Shown here piece after piece: positions 9,722 through 18,915 of a stretch of 64,000 bases of DNA. Position 1 is the first letter of the stretch. Every line of letters starts with the position of its first letter. Source of the stretch: Thermoproteota archaeon. Its GTDB lineage: Archaea; Thermoproteota; Methanomethylicia; Methanomethylicales; Methanomethylicaceae. The DNA is taken from the NCBI GenBank assembly GCA_029887765.1, contig JARXPF010000001.1:488-64487 (forward strand), written 5' to 3'. A model generated the notes under the pieces. That model had not been told where the DNA came from. It did no database searches and saw only the letters and a list, made by a program, of their open reading frames with translations. The translations under genes and the position numbers were made by a program.

Positions 9722-9916
9722 TTTTAACACCTAAGCAAAAATGTTTAGAAAAGTTTCTTTTAAATCATTTGTGTACATATATGTTCATAAAAGCATTTAT
9801 AAAAATATATAATAATCTTCAGAATAGTGATGGAAAAAATGAATACTTTTGTACAAAATAATTAAAAAGTAAATTAAAAATTTAACCTCAATGAATATAT
9901 AATTCAAGGTGAGAAA

Positions 9917-10582
9917 TTGCCAAAAGTTAATACTAAGAAAGTAAAATGGGAAGAAGTTGAAAAATGGTGTAAAGAAGTAAGTGATAAAATATTAGATTCT
10001 GGTTGGAAACCTGATGTAATAATTGCTATATCAAGAGGAGGATTTGTTCCTGCTAGATTAATATGTGATTTATTAATTGTAGGAGAGCTTATATCTCTTC
10101 AAATTACTCATTGGCCTTCTGCTGCTCAAATGGCAAAAGAAGCAGGAATAAAATATTCTCTTCATTGTGATTTAAGTAGAAAAAATGCATTAATTGTAGA
10201 TGATATTGCTGATACTGGAGATTCTATAATTATTGCAAAAGATCATGTATGGACTAATTGTAGACCAAAAGAACTTAAAGTTGCTACATTACAATGGATT
10301 TCAAAAACTAGTAAAATAAAACCAGATTATTATGCTGAAGAAGTAAAAGAATGGATTTGGTATCAATATCCTTGGACTAGATTAGAGGATATTATAGGAT
10401 TTACAAAACGTATAATAGAAGAAAATAAAGATTTAGAATTTGATTTAAAAATACTTAATGAAAAATTTATTGAATATTATGGAGTTACATTTGATGAATG
10501 GTATTATGAAAAAGCATTAAATTATTTATTTAATACTGGTTTTCTTATAGAAAAAGAAAATAAATATTTAATGAGGAGATAG
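9917..10582 (+). CDS. Purine phosphoribosyltransferase (type I PRTase fold; XGPRT/HGPRT-like) with a C-terminal extension.
   Basis: 221 aa. PRPP-binding motif LIVDDIADTGDS is present, with upstream IAISRGGFVPARL. Confidence 0.75.
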   Translation: MPKVNTKKVKWEEVEKWCKEVSDKILDSGWKPDVIIAISRGGFVPARLICDLLIVGELISLQITHWPSAAQMAKEAGIKYSLHCDLSRKNALIVDDIADTGDSIIIAKDHVWTNCRPKELKVATLQWISKTSKIKPDYYAEEVKEWIWYQYPWTRLEDIIGFTKRIIEENKDLEFDLKILNEKFIEYYGVTFDEWYYEKALNYLFNTGFLIEKENKYLMRR

Positions 10583-10585
10583 ATT

Positions 10586-11377
10586 ATGTCATATAATGCA
10601 GATATAGGAATTATAGGAGGAAGTGGATTATACGATCCAGGATTATTTGAAAAAACAATTGAAATAAAAGTACATACTCCTTATGGATCGCCTTCAGATG
10701 TTTTAACTATAGGAGAATATAAAGGTATAAAAATAGCTTTTTTACCTAGACATGGAAAAAGACATTCCATTCCTCCACATTTAATAAATTATAGAGCAAA
10801 TATATGGGCAATGATGGATTTAGGTGTTAAAAGAATAATTGCTCCATCTGCAGTAGGAAGTTTAAAAGAAGAAATTAAGCCAGGAGATATTGTAATACCA
10901 GATCAATTCATAGATTTTACAAAAAAACGTGTATATTCTTTCTATGATGGTGCTGTAGTTGGACATTTTTCCTTAGCAGATCCTTTCTGTCCTGAATTAA
11001 ATAGTATATGTATAGAAACTGCAAAGAAATTAGGATTACAATGTCATTCTCCAGCTACTTATATATGTATAGAAGGACCAAGATTTTCTACAAGAGCAGA
11101 ATCAAGGTTATTTAAAAATTGGGGAGCAGATATTATAGGAATGACTTTAATTCCTGAAGTAATTTTAGCAAGAGAATGTGGAATATGTTATACTACTATT
11201 GCTACAGTTACAGATTATGATGTTTGGGCTGAAAAACCAGTAACTGCTGAAGAAGTATTAAATACTTTAAAGCAAAATGTTGAAAAAGTAAAAAAATTAT
11301 TAATGGAATTAATACCAAAAATTCCAAAAGAAAGAAAATGTCAATGTAAAAAATCATCTGAAGGAGCTTTAGTTTAA
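10586..11377 (+). CDS. mtnP: 5'-methylthioadenosine phosphorylase (PNP/MTAP family).
   Basis: 263 aa. Family signatures include [34 protein letters not shown] and [12 protein letters not shown]. Confidence 0.9.
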   Translation: MSYNADIGIIGGSGLYDPGLFEKTIEIKVHTPYGSPSDVLTIGEYKGIKIAFLPRHGKRHSIPPHLINYRANIWAMMDLGVKRIIAPSAVGSLKEEIKPGDIVIPDQFIDFTKKRVYSFYDGAVVGHFSLADPFCPELNSICIETAKKLGLQCHSPATYICIEGPRFSTRAESRLFKNWGADIIGMTLIPEVILARECGICYTTIATVTDYDVWAEKPVTAEEVLNTLKQNVEKVKKLLMELIPKIPKERKCQCKKSSEGALV

Positions 11378-12751
11378 ATTATCAAATTTTTTTAATACTA
11401 ATCTTGTATTTGTACTCATTACACCTTTTATTATTCTTATACTTTCTAAAACTTCATTTAATTGTGTTATAGAATCTACACATATATGTGCTTCAATATC
11501 AAAATCACCACTAACTTCTAATACTTGTTTAATTCCCTTTACCCAAAGTAATCTTCTTGCGACTGCTGAAGTATATATATTAGATTGACATTTTATCATT
11601 ACTACTGCTTCTATTTTCTTTGGAATTTGTATTTCTAATTTCTTTCCAGTAATTCTTTCAGCAAGTTCAATTAAATCTACATCTCTATAACTTCTTATAT
11701 CTGGTCTATCTTTTATAGCTTGAAGTAGTTTCATTAATTCTTCTTCAGATAAACTAATTCCAAGTTTTCTTAATCTATCTTCTAATGCTGCTCTACCAGT
11801 ATATTTACTTATTACAATTTCTCTTTGTCTTCCAACAAGCTCAGGTGGAAAAGCTTCATATGTTCTAGGATCAAATATTACAGCTGCAGCATGAACGCCA
11901 CCTTTATGAGAAAATACATTATCACCTACTATAGGTTGAAGAGGAGATATTGGAATACCACTAAATTTCTCTACCATAGCTGAAAGTTCAGGAAGTTTAT
12001 CTAATTTTACTGTATCTATATCATATATAACTTTTAAAGCAACTGCAAAAGGTTCTAATGCTGTAATACCTGCTCTTTCTCCTAATCCATTTACTGTAGT
12101 ATGAACTGCAGTTGCTCCACCTTCTAAAGCTGCAATAGCATTAGCAACAGCCATTCCTAAATCATTATGACAATGTGCATCTAATTCAGCATTTTTAAGT
12201 TCTGAAGATAGTTTAAAGAATAATTCCTTAATTTTCATAGGAGTCATAAATCCTACAGTATCTGGTATACTTATTCTATCAGCTCCACTTTCTATAGCTG
12301 CTTTACATATTCTAATTAAGAAATTATAATCAGCTCTAGTAGCATCTTCAGCTGTAAATCTTACTTTTAATCCATGAGCTTTAGCATATTCTATACTTGA
12401 TACTGCAGTTTCAATAGCTTTTTCTTCATCCATTTTTAAAGATTTTAATTTTTCTTTTGTTACACCTAAAAATATAGCAACTCTATCTACATCACATTCA
12501 ATAGCAGCATCAATATCTGATTTTAAAGCTCTACTATGTGCTAAAATTTCTGCAGAAAGTTTTTCTAAAGAAATTTTCTTTACAGCATCATAGATATCTT
12601 TGGAAACTGCAGGATGACCTGCTTCTATCATATTAATTCCTATTTCATCAAGTTTTCTTGCAATTTGAATTTTTTCTTCTATTGTAAAAGATACTCCTGG
12701 AGTTTGTTCTCCTTCTCTTAATGTAGTATCTAATATTAGTACTTTTTTCAT
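11369..12751 (-). CDS. Homocitrate synthase / 2-isopropylmalate synthase family enzyme with a C-terminal regulatory domain (probably the homocitrate synthase of the AAA lysine pathway).
   Basis: 460 aa. Opens with [16 protein letters not shown] and carries the HxH metal site ([13 protein letters not shown]) of the DRE-TIM aldolase family. Confidence 0.8.
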   Translation of the reverse strand: MKKVLILDTTLREGEQTPGVSFTIEEKIQIARKLDEIGINMIEAGHPAVSKDIYDAVKKISLEKLSAEILAHSRALKSDIDAAIECDVDRVAIFLGVTKEKLKSLKMDEEKAIETAVSSIEYAKAHGLKVRFTAEDATRADYNFLIRICKAAIESGADRISIPDTVGFMTPMKIKELFFKLSSELKNAELDAHCHNDLGMAVANAIAALEGGATAVHTTVNGLGERAGITALEPFAVALKVIYDIDTVKLDKLPELSAMVEKFSGIPISPLQPIVGDNVFSHKGGVHAAAVIFDPRTYEAFPPELVGRQREIVISKYTGRAALEDRLRKLGISLSEEELMKLLQAIKDRPDIRSYRDVDLIELAERITGKKLEIQIPKKIEAVVMIKCQSNIYTSAVARRLLWVKGIKQVLEVSGDFDIEAHICVDSITQLNEVLESIRIIKGVMSTNTRLVLKKFDNLN

Positions 12752-12872
12752 AGTACATGCACTTTAATAAATGAAGTTCGAACTTAAATATAAATATTTT
12801 CGTCTATTCATTTTTAAAATTCGTATTTTTTTCATGTAATTGATTCTTAAATAGTAATAAATAAAACGTAAA

Positions 12873-15800
12873 ATGTTAAAAAATAAAAATATATCATATA
12901 TACATGTAGTAAAAAAAAGAGGGGTTAAAATTTTGGAAAATATTATAGGTAAAATTGAAGGTATAACAACAACAGAATCTTTCACAATGGTTTTAACAAA
13001 TTCTTGTATAGGAAAAGAAGATTATGTAGAAGTAGATTATGAAGGTAAAACTTATCTTTTAATTATAAAAGAAATTAAAAGAATTGGTGATAAACTTTTA
13101 GCAGATTGTATAGTAATAGGACAAACTCCTAAAACTCCTTTTCCATCAGGATTAGAAGTTAGAATTGCTTCAGAAGAAACTATAAGAAAAGGATTGGGAT
13201 TAACAACAACAGAAGCTGATGGTCTTTATATAGGAAAATTAAAATCAAGAGATTTAATGATATGGTTACCAGTAAAAAAACTTACAAGAATTTTTATTGT
13301 TGGTAAACCAGGATCTGGAAAATCTTATACAATGGGAGTAATTGCTGAAGAATTAATTAAAAAAGGAGTACCATTAGTAATAATAGATGCTCATGGAGAA
13401 TATTCAAGTTTAAAAGTACCTGCAGAATCTTATTCTGAAGAATTTAAAATAGAGCCAAAATCTTATTCTGAATATATTATAGAATTTGCTGATTTAACTT
13501 TTAATCCAGGTGCAGATATTGATATTTCTGCAATAGATAATTTAAAAATAGAAGACTTGGTATCTCAAATGCAATGTACTATAATAAATTTAAGAGGATT
13601 AGCAACTTCTGAACAATATTCTATTGTAGGAAAACTTTTGAATAGATTATTAGAAGCGATAATGATAATGCAAATACCTCCTTTTTATTTAGTATTAGAT
13701 GAAGCACATATATTTGCTGGAAGAAGTAAGCAAAAAGATCCATTAGTAAAAGAATGTTTAGATATTGTAAGAAGATTTGCTCAAGAAGGAAGAAAATTTG
13801 GAGCTAATTTAATAGTATTAACACAAAGACCTCAACTCTTAGATATGACTGTAAGAAGTCTTTCTGCTACTTGGATAATTCATCAACTTACTGATCCAAA
13901 TGATGTAAGAATAGCATTAGAAAGTGGAGGATTAAGTAAAGAGTGGAGTGAAAAAATTAATTGGCTTGAGCCTGGAGAAGCTATAATAACTGGAGATGTT
14001 GTTGAAAGAATACCATTACATATTAAAATAAGGAGAAGAGAAACAAGGCATGGTGCTCCTGGATTTAATCCATTAGATTTTGTTTCTCCAGAAGAGAAGG
14101 AGAAAATGAAGAAAAAACTAAGTTATTTAAAAACTCGTCAATTATATGTTATACAAGAAGGGCCTCCATCTCTTCCTTTACCTTCACTTTATTTACCAAT
14201 AAATATTGATGAAAAAATAATATTAGATAAATTAAAAGAAAATAGAACTTTTGATCATATTGAATTAATAAAATATAATTTAAAATATATGCCTGCATTA
14301 TTTGCAGAAGTTTCAGTAAATACTATGAGAAAAAATATTGAAATAAAAGATAGAATTAAAAGATTAATTCCAGTAGACTCTTCTATAACTACAATTGATT
14401 GGAGATATGAATCTGCTTATGGTTTAACTATAGATGATATTATAAATCCTTCACCTACTCTTCAAAGAGAAGGAAAACATCGTTCTCCATCTCCTTTAAT
14501 AATGGAGCCTTCAAGTATAGAAAATTTAAAAAATCTTTTGAAAAATTTTGCAATTTCAAAATTAACACAACAAGTATATTATCATAAAGAATTAAATGAA
14601 TATTCAAAATTAGGAGAATCAATTGAAGAATTTAAAAAGAGATTAAAAGAAAAATTAGAAATAATAAAGAAAAATAGAATTAATGAAGTTTCATTAACAT
14701 ATAATTCAAAAATAAAAGAAATAGAAAATTCAATAAAATCTATAAAAGATGAGTCTGAAAGTATAAAAAATCTTATTAATGAAATAGAAAGAGAACTTAA
14801 AGAACTTAAAAAAGAAAAAATAAAAGCTGAAAAAGAAGGAAGATCAACATTAAAAATATCAGAGCAAATTAAAACAAGAGAACTTAGAATTTCTAGACTT
14901 GAAAATAGATTATCTGAATTAAGTAGTAAAGTCATGGAATATAAAAAAGAAATGGAAATTTTAGAAGATAAAAAGAATGATGAAATTAAGAATATTACAA
15001 ATGAAATTGATAATATTATTAATTCACCTATACAAACCATGGTATTTCAACCAAGAATAGATGAAATTACAATAGAAGCAATGCATGTAATATGGATACC
15101 AATATTTGAAGCTATGTATAAAGCATACTTTAATGGTTTTAAAAAAGATTTAAAATTTGAATGGAATGGTGTAAATGGTAAAGGAATTTTTGGTAATTGT
15201 TCAGAATGTGGAATTACAATAAATCAATTACCTGATCAATTTATATGTTATAAATGTGGTGAAGTTTATTGTCAAGAACATTTAGTTTTATGTAATGAAT
15301 GTCAAAGAGGAATTTGTAATGAACATAAAAGAATTTGTCCAAATTGTGGAAAAATATATTGTATAGATGAAAAAACGTACATATGTACTAATTGTGGTAA
15401 AGAATTATGTATTAATTGTGTATTAAGATGTAGTGAATGTAAAGAAGTTTATTGTATAGAACATGTAAAAGAATGTAAAGTTTGTAATTCTAAATTATGT
15501 ATAAATCATTATAATGAACATGTAAAAGAATGTTCTAATTGTAAAAAACCATTATGTATACTTGAACAATTATTTTGTAAAATATGTAATAAAATATTAT
15601 GTAAAGATTGTGCAATTAAATGTTCAGAATGTGAAAATTATGTTTGTAATAAGCATATATGGTATTGTTCAGCATGTAGTAGAGCATTATGTATAAATGA
15701 AGATCGCTATGAATGTATTTCATGTAAAAAACCTCTATGTAGATTATGTGTAGCAACTTGTCAATTATGTGGAAATAACTTATGTAGACTTCATATCTAT

Positions 15801-15905
15801 ACTTGTCCAAATTGTGGAAGAGAAATTTGTCCCATGTGTATTATTGAAAAGAAGAAATTTGGAATATTTAAGAAAAATGTATGTAAAATATGTGCTCTTA
15901 AATAG
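12873..15905 (+). CDS. Large multidomain protein: an N-terminal HerA/FtsK-like P-loop ATPase (DUF87), a ~170-aa coiled coil, and a C-terminal ~235-aa array of about 13 tandem Cys-rich zinc-knuckle repeats.
   Basis: 1010 aa. Walker A is GKPGSGKS, Walker B is LVLDEAHIF, and the sensor/Arg-finger region is LTQRPQ. Residues ~560-720 are Lys/Glu-rich heptad sequence. Residues ~770-1005 repeat the unit C-x2-C-x4-(Y/L/I)C-x2-(H/C/E)-x3 about 13 times. Confidence 0.8.
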   Translation: MLKNKNISYIHVVKKRGVKILENIIGKIEGITTTESFTMVLTNSCIGKEDYVEVDYEGKTYLLIIKEIKRIGDKLLADCIVIGQTPKTPFPSGLEVRIASEETIRKGLGLTTTEADGLYIGKLKSRDLMIWLPVKKLTRIFIVGKPGSGKSYTMGVIAEELIKKGVPLVIIDAHGEYSSLKVPAESYSEEFKIEPKSYSEYIIEFADLTFNPGADIDISAIDNLKIEDLVSQMQCTIINLRGLATSEQYSIVGKLLNRLLEAIMIMQIPPFYLVLDEAHIFAGRSKQKDPLVKECLDIVRRFAQEGRKFGANLIVLTQRPQLLDMTVRSLSATWIIHQLTDPNDVRIALESGGLSKEWSEKINWLEPGEAIITGDVVERIPLHIKIRRRETRHGAPGFNPLDFVSPEEKEKMKKKLSYLKTRQLYVIQEGPPSLPLPSLYLPINIDEKIILDKLKENRTFDHIELIKYNLKYMPALFAEVSVNTMRKNIEIKDRIKRLIPVDSSITTIDWRYESAYGLTIDDIINPSPTLQREGKHRSPSPLIMEPSSIENLKNLLKNFAISKLTQQVYYHKELNEYSKLGESIEEFKKRLKEKLEIIKKNRINEVSLTYNSKIKEIENSIKSIKDESESIKNLINEIERELKELKKEKIKAEKEGRSTLKISEQIKTRELRISRLENRLSELSSKVMEYKKEMEILEDKKNDEIKNITNEIDNIINSPIQTMVFQPRIDEITIEAMHVIWIPIFEAMYKAYFNGFKKDLKFEWNGVNGKGIFGNCSECGITINQLPDQFICYKCGEVYCQEHLVLCNECQRGICNEHKRICPNCGKIYCIDEKTYICTNCGKELCINCVLRCSECKEVYCIEHVKECKVCNSKLCINHYNEHVKECSNCKKPLCILEQLFCKICNKILCKDCAIKCSECENYVCNKHIWYCSACSRALCINEDRYECISCKKPLCRLCVATCQLCGNNLCRLHIYTCPNCGREICPMCIIEKKKFGIFKKNVCKICALK

Positions 15906-16419
15906 TTTTTATAAAAGCTCTAAATAGCCATGGAAGCATTAAAAATGAAGATAATATTTCTGGTATAGCAACACCTTTAAATAAAAATCCTTGAAAATGT
16001 AATATCCATATTGGAATTTCTAATAATACAATTAAGGAGAGATAGCATTTTTCTTCAATAAAATAAGCTATAGATGAAAATAACAGAGATGAGAATAATA
16101 GAATTGAAACATAGAAATGAATTATACCATAATTTTCACAAAAAAGAGCTACTAATTGTAAACAAATTCCATTAAAAATTAAAAAATAAGAAGTCTTTGG
16201 TGCATGATATGCTAATGCTTTAATAGAATAGAAAATAATTAATAAACCAGATATTAATAATCCAAAATTAAATATTGGAGCACTACTATGATTTAAATTT
16301 CCTAAATCACTTAAAGCATTTTCTACCCATTTAAACCAAGGAGAAATACTTATGGAAATAAAAATAGAAGAATAAAGTACAATTATAGCAAGAATACCAT
16401 ATATTGCATTTTTATTCAT
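15898..16419 (-). CDS. Hypothetical membrane protein.
   Basis: 173 aa with 4-5 TM helices. Confidence 0.4.
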   Translation of the reverse strand: MNKNAIYGILAIIVLYSSIFISISISPWFKWVENALSDLGNLNHSSAPIFNFGLLISGLLIIFYSIKALAYHAPKTSYFLIFNGICLQLVALFCENYGIIHFYVSILLFSSLLFSSIAYFIEEKCYLSLIVLLEIPIWILHFQGFLFKGVAIPEILSSFLMLPWLFRAFIKTI

Positions 16420-16519
16420 GAATTATATTTTATTTTTAGAAATTTAAATAGATAGCTAAGACTTAAAAAGGTGTAATTTCATAAACTATAGCAAAACATT
16501 GCTAATTGGAGGTGAGTGA

Positions 16520-16816
16520 ATGGCTGAAACAACACAACCAAAACAACCAATGCCTAGAGGTGTTATTTTAGTAGGCAAAAAGCCAATAATGAGCTATGCC
16601 ATGGCAGCATTAATGCAATTAAGAGACGATGGAGAAATAACAATAAAAGCAAGAGGAAGGGCTATTTCTGCTGCTGTTGATGTAGCAGAAGTTATTACAA
16701 AGAGATTCTTAAACAATGAGGCCTTTGTAAAAGATGTAATAATTGGTACTGAAACAGTTGGAAATCCACCAAGAAATGTTTCAACAATAGAAATAAAACT
16801 ATCTATGAAGAAGTAA
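16520..16816 (+). CDS. albA: Alba (Sso10b/Sac10b) chromatin/RNA-binding protein.
   Basis: 98 aa. Alba signature GKKPIMSYAMAALMQL...IKARGRAISAAVDVAEV...VSTIEI is present, with a GGAGGTGA Shine-Dalgarno upstream. Confidence 0.95.
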   Translation: MAETTQPKQPMPRGVILVGKKPIMSYAMAALMQLRDDGEITIKARGRAISAAVDVAEVITKRFLNNEAFVKDVIIGTETVGNPPRNVSTIEIKLSMKK

Positions 16817-16821
16817 AAACT

Positions 16822-16854
16822 GGCCGGCATACCGGCCTTAATTTTTCTATTTTT
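16822..16854 (+). terminator. GC hairpin (GGCCGG-CATA-CCGGCC) followed by a T-rich run, directly after albA. This is a probable transcription terminator.
   Basis: Perfect 6-bp GC stem in an AT-rich background, followed by TTAATTTTTCTATTTTT. Confidence 0.55.
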
Positions 16855-16866
16855 ATTATCGTATAG

Positions 16867-16874
16867 TTTAAATA
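16867..16874 (+). promoter_or_regulatory. Archaeal TATA-box-like element (TTTAAATA) about 33 nt upstream of the mtmC-like start codon, with GGAG at 16897-16900.
   Basis: Match to the archaeal TATA consensus at the expected distance from the start codon. Confidence 0.4.
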
Positions 16875-16906
16875 AAAAAATTAAAATAGAAAATTCGGAG
16901 ATAACC

Positions 16907-17560
16907 ATGAGTGAGTATATTCTTAATGAATTAGCAGAAGCTGTAATATTAGGTGATGAAGAAAAAGCAAAAAATGTTGCAAAAAAAGCTATTGAAATAG
17001 GAATAGATCCATTAATAGCAATAAATGATGGATTAATGAAAGGAATGCGACAGATAAGTGAAGATTTCAGTAATCTAAAAGTATATTTACCAGAAGTAAT
17101 GTTAGCAGCAGAAGCAATGAAAGCAGCTCTTTCTATACTTGAACCAAAAATATTAGAAAAAAAATTAACAGAAGAAAAAAGAAAAGTTGTTATTGGAACA
17201 ATTCAAGGAGATATTCATGATATAGGAAAGAATATTGTAGCTCTTTTACTTAAAGCAAATGGATTTGAAGTTTATGATTTAGGAAGAGATGTACCTGTAG
17301 ATGAATTTATTAAAAAAGCAGAAGAAGTAAAAGCAGATATTATAGCAGCATCAACACTTTTATCAACATCAATGCCATACATGGAGGATTTAATAAAAAT
17401 GTTAAATGAAAGAAATCTAAGAGATAAATACATAGTAATGGTAGGTGGTGGACCTGTAACAAGAGAATGGGCAAAAAGTATAGGAGCAGATGGTTATGGA
17501 GAAGATGGAGAAGAAGCTGTAAAAGTAGCAAAGGAATTGATAAAGGTGAAAAATAAATGA
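16907..17560 (+). CDS. Cobalamin-binding corrinoid protein, MtmC-like (methyltransferase-cognate corrinoid protein with B12-binding cap and Rossmann domains).
   Basis: 217 aa, the same length as MtmC. Carries the DxHxxG motif (GTIQGDIHDIGKNIV) and MVGGGPVT...GADGYGED, close to Methanosarcina MtmC. Confidence 0.85.
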   Translation: MSEYILNELAEAVILGDEEKAKNVAKKAIEIGIDPLIAINDGLMKGMRQISEDFSNLKVYLPEVMLAAEAMKAALSILEPKILEKKLTEEKRKVVIGTIQGDIHDIGKNIVALLLKANGFEVYDLGRDVPVDEFIKKAEEVKADIIAASTLLSTSMPYMEDLIKMLNERNLRDKYIVMVGGGPVTREWAKSIGADGYGEDGEEAVKVAKELIKVKNK

Positions 17561-18915
17561 TAAGTATTTGGGAAGTTTTAGATAGAGCAGAAACAGGACA
17601 ATATATGGAAGAAAGAGATTTTGATATTAAAATTGTAGCTAAAAAATGTAGAGAATTAGTAAAAGAATATGATATAAAATTTAATCCTAATGAAATTATT
17701 ACAACTGATGATTCAATGGCTGATGATGTATTTGAAGCTGGTTTTAAATTAGCTCTTGAGACTGGTATTTATTGTATAAATACAAAACGTATAATAAAAT
17801 TTGATGAAAGTGAAATAAAAGAAGGTATTGAAACTGCTCCTCATGAAATTATAGTAGGAGAAGGAAGAGATGCTAGGATTCTTTATGCAAGAGGAATAGA
17901 AGATAGAAGAAGACCAATAATATGTGGAGGACAAGCTGGTGCTACAATACCTGAAGAATGGTATGTACCAATGGCCATGTCTTATATGAAAGAACCCTTA
18001 ATTGATATGATAAATCATGGAGGAATTGCTATTGTTGAAGGAAGAAAAGTTAGAACTCATTCTCCTCTTGAAATTCAAGCTACAAGAAGAGAACTTTCAA
18101 TGTTAAAAGAAGCAGCAGCAAGATCAGGAAGACCTGGAATAGGGCTTATTGCAGGAGAAAGTAGTGTATCTGTATTAGGTGATTTAGCTATTGCTTCTGA
18201 AAAATATATGAAAACTTGTGATTCTCATTTAGTTGCTCTACTTAATGAACTTAAAACTGATTATGATAGACTTTCTAAAGCAGTTAATTTTACTGAATAT
18301 GGAGCTTATAATGTAACATTAGTAGATCCTATTATTGGAGGATATGCTGGAGGTCCTGAAGGTGTAGCTATATGTTTTATTGCTTCATTTCTACTTGGAA
18401 GACTTCTCTATAAATCAGAATATCATGTATGTCATCCTATACATTTTCGCTATGTTAGTACTAGTGCAATAGAATGCTTATGGAATTTAAATATAGTAGG
18501 TCAAGCAATGGCAAGAAATGCAAAATTCATAATAATGGGAGATGTTTGGACATCAGCAGGTGCTGGAAGTGAAATGATATTTTATGAAATTACTGCTAAT
18601 ACTATAACTAATGTAGTAACTGGAACTCATCCATTAGGAGTCTCAGCTACTAATGGAAAATATCCACATGCTTCAGGATTAGAAACAAAATTTATGGCAG
18701 AAGTAGCAATTGCTGCAACTAAATTAAATAGAAGTAATGCAAATGAAATTGTTACAAAACTTTCAAAAGAATATAAAGATAAAATGAATAATCCTGATAT
18801 AGGTAAGCCTTTTCCTGAATTATATGATATAAGAAAAGTTATACCAAATCCTGAATGGATGGCATTATATAAAGAAATGAAAAAGAAAATTGGTGATATC
18901 ACTGGATTATGGTGA
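17557..18915 (+). CDS. MtmB-family (monomethylamine methyltransferase-like) protein, paralog 1. It has no in-frame amber codon and Ile at the position of MtmB pyrrolysine.
   Basis: 452 aa. Blocks alignable with Methanosarcina MtmB: FEAGFKLALETGIYCINTKRIIKFDESEI; PIICGGQAGATIPEEWYVPMAMSY; SGRPGIGL; DPIIGGYAGGPEG; GKPFPELYDIRKVIPNPEWM. Confidence 0.8.
   Translation: MISIWEVLDRAETGQYMEERDFDIKIVAKKCRELVKEYDIKFNPNEIITTDDSMADDVFEAGFKLALETGIYCINTKRIIKFDESEIKEGIETAPHEIIVGEGRDARILYARGIEDRRRPIICGGQAGATIPEEWYVPMAMSYMKEPLIDMINHGGIAIVEGRKVRTHSPLEIQATRRELSMLKEAAARSGRPGIGLIAGESSVSVLGDLAIASEKYMKTCDSHLVALLNELKTDYDRLSKAVNFTEYGAYNVTLVDPIIGGYAGGPEGVAICFIASFLLGRLLYKSEYHVCHPIHFRYVSTSAIECLWNLNIVGQAMARNAKFIIMGDVWTSAGAGSEMIFYEITANTITNVVTGTHPLGVSATNGKYPHASGLETKFMAEVAIAATKLNRSNANEIVTKLSKEYKDKMNNPDIGKPFPELYDIRKVIPNPEWMALYKEMKKKIGDITGLW
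17641..17751 (+). repeat. 111-nt tract 100% identical to 19005-19115, located within the 5' ends of the two mtmB-like paralogs.
   Basis: Direct comparison of the two nucleotide stretches. The flanking sequence is diverged. Confidence 0.9.

Noticed and set aside
12764-12985. 73-aa minus-strand ORF spanning the promoter and 5' end of the 1010-aa gene.
   Set aside because: No ribosome-binding site or motif, and it overlaps a strongly supported start region. Judged spurious.
14582-15040. 152-aa minus-strand ORF inside the HerA-like gene.
   Set aside because: It is antisense to a strongly supported coding region. Its Ser/Leu/Phe-rich composition is the expected artefact of reading a Lys/Glu-rich coiled-coil region backwards.
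16594-16908. 104-aa minus-strand ORF overlapping albA and its terminator.
   Set aside because: It is antisense to the highly conserved Alba gene. The Alba reading frame is unambiguous.
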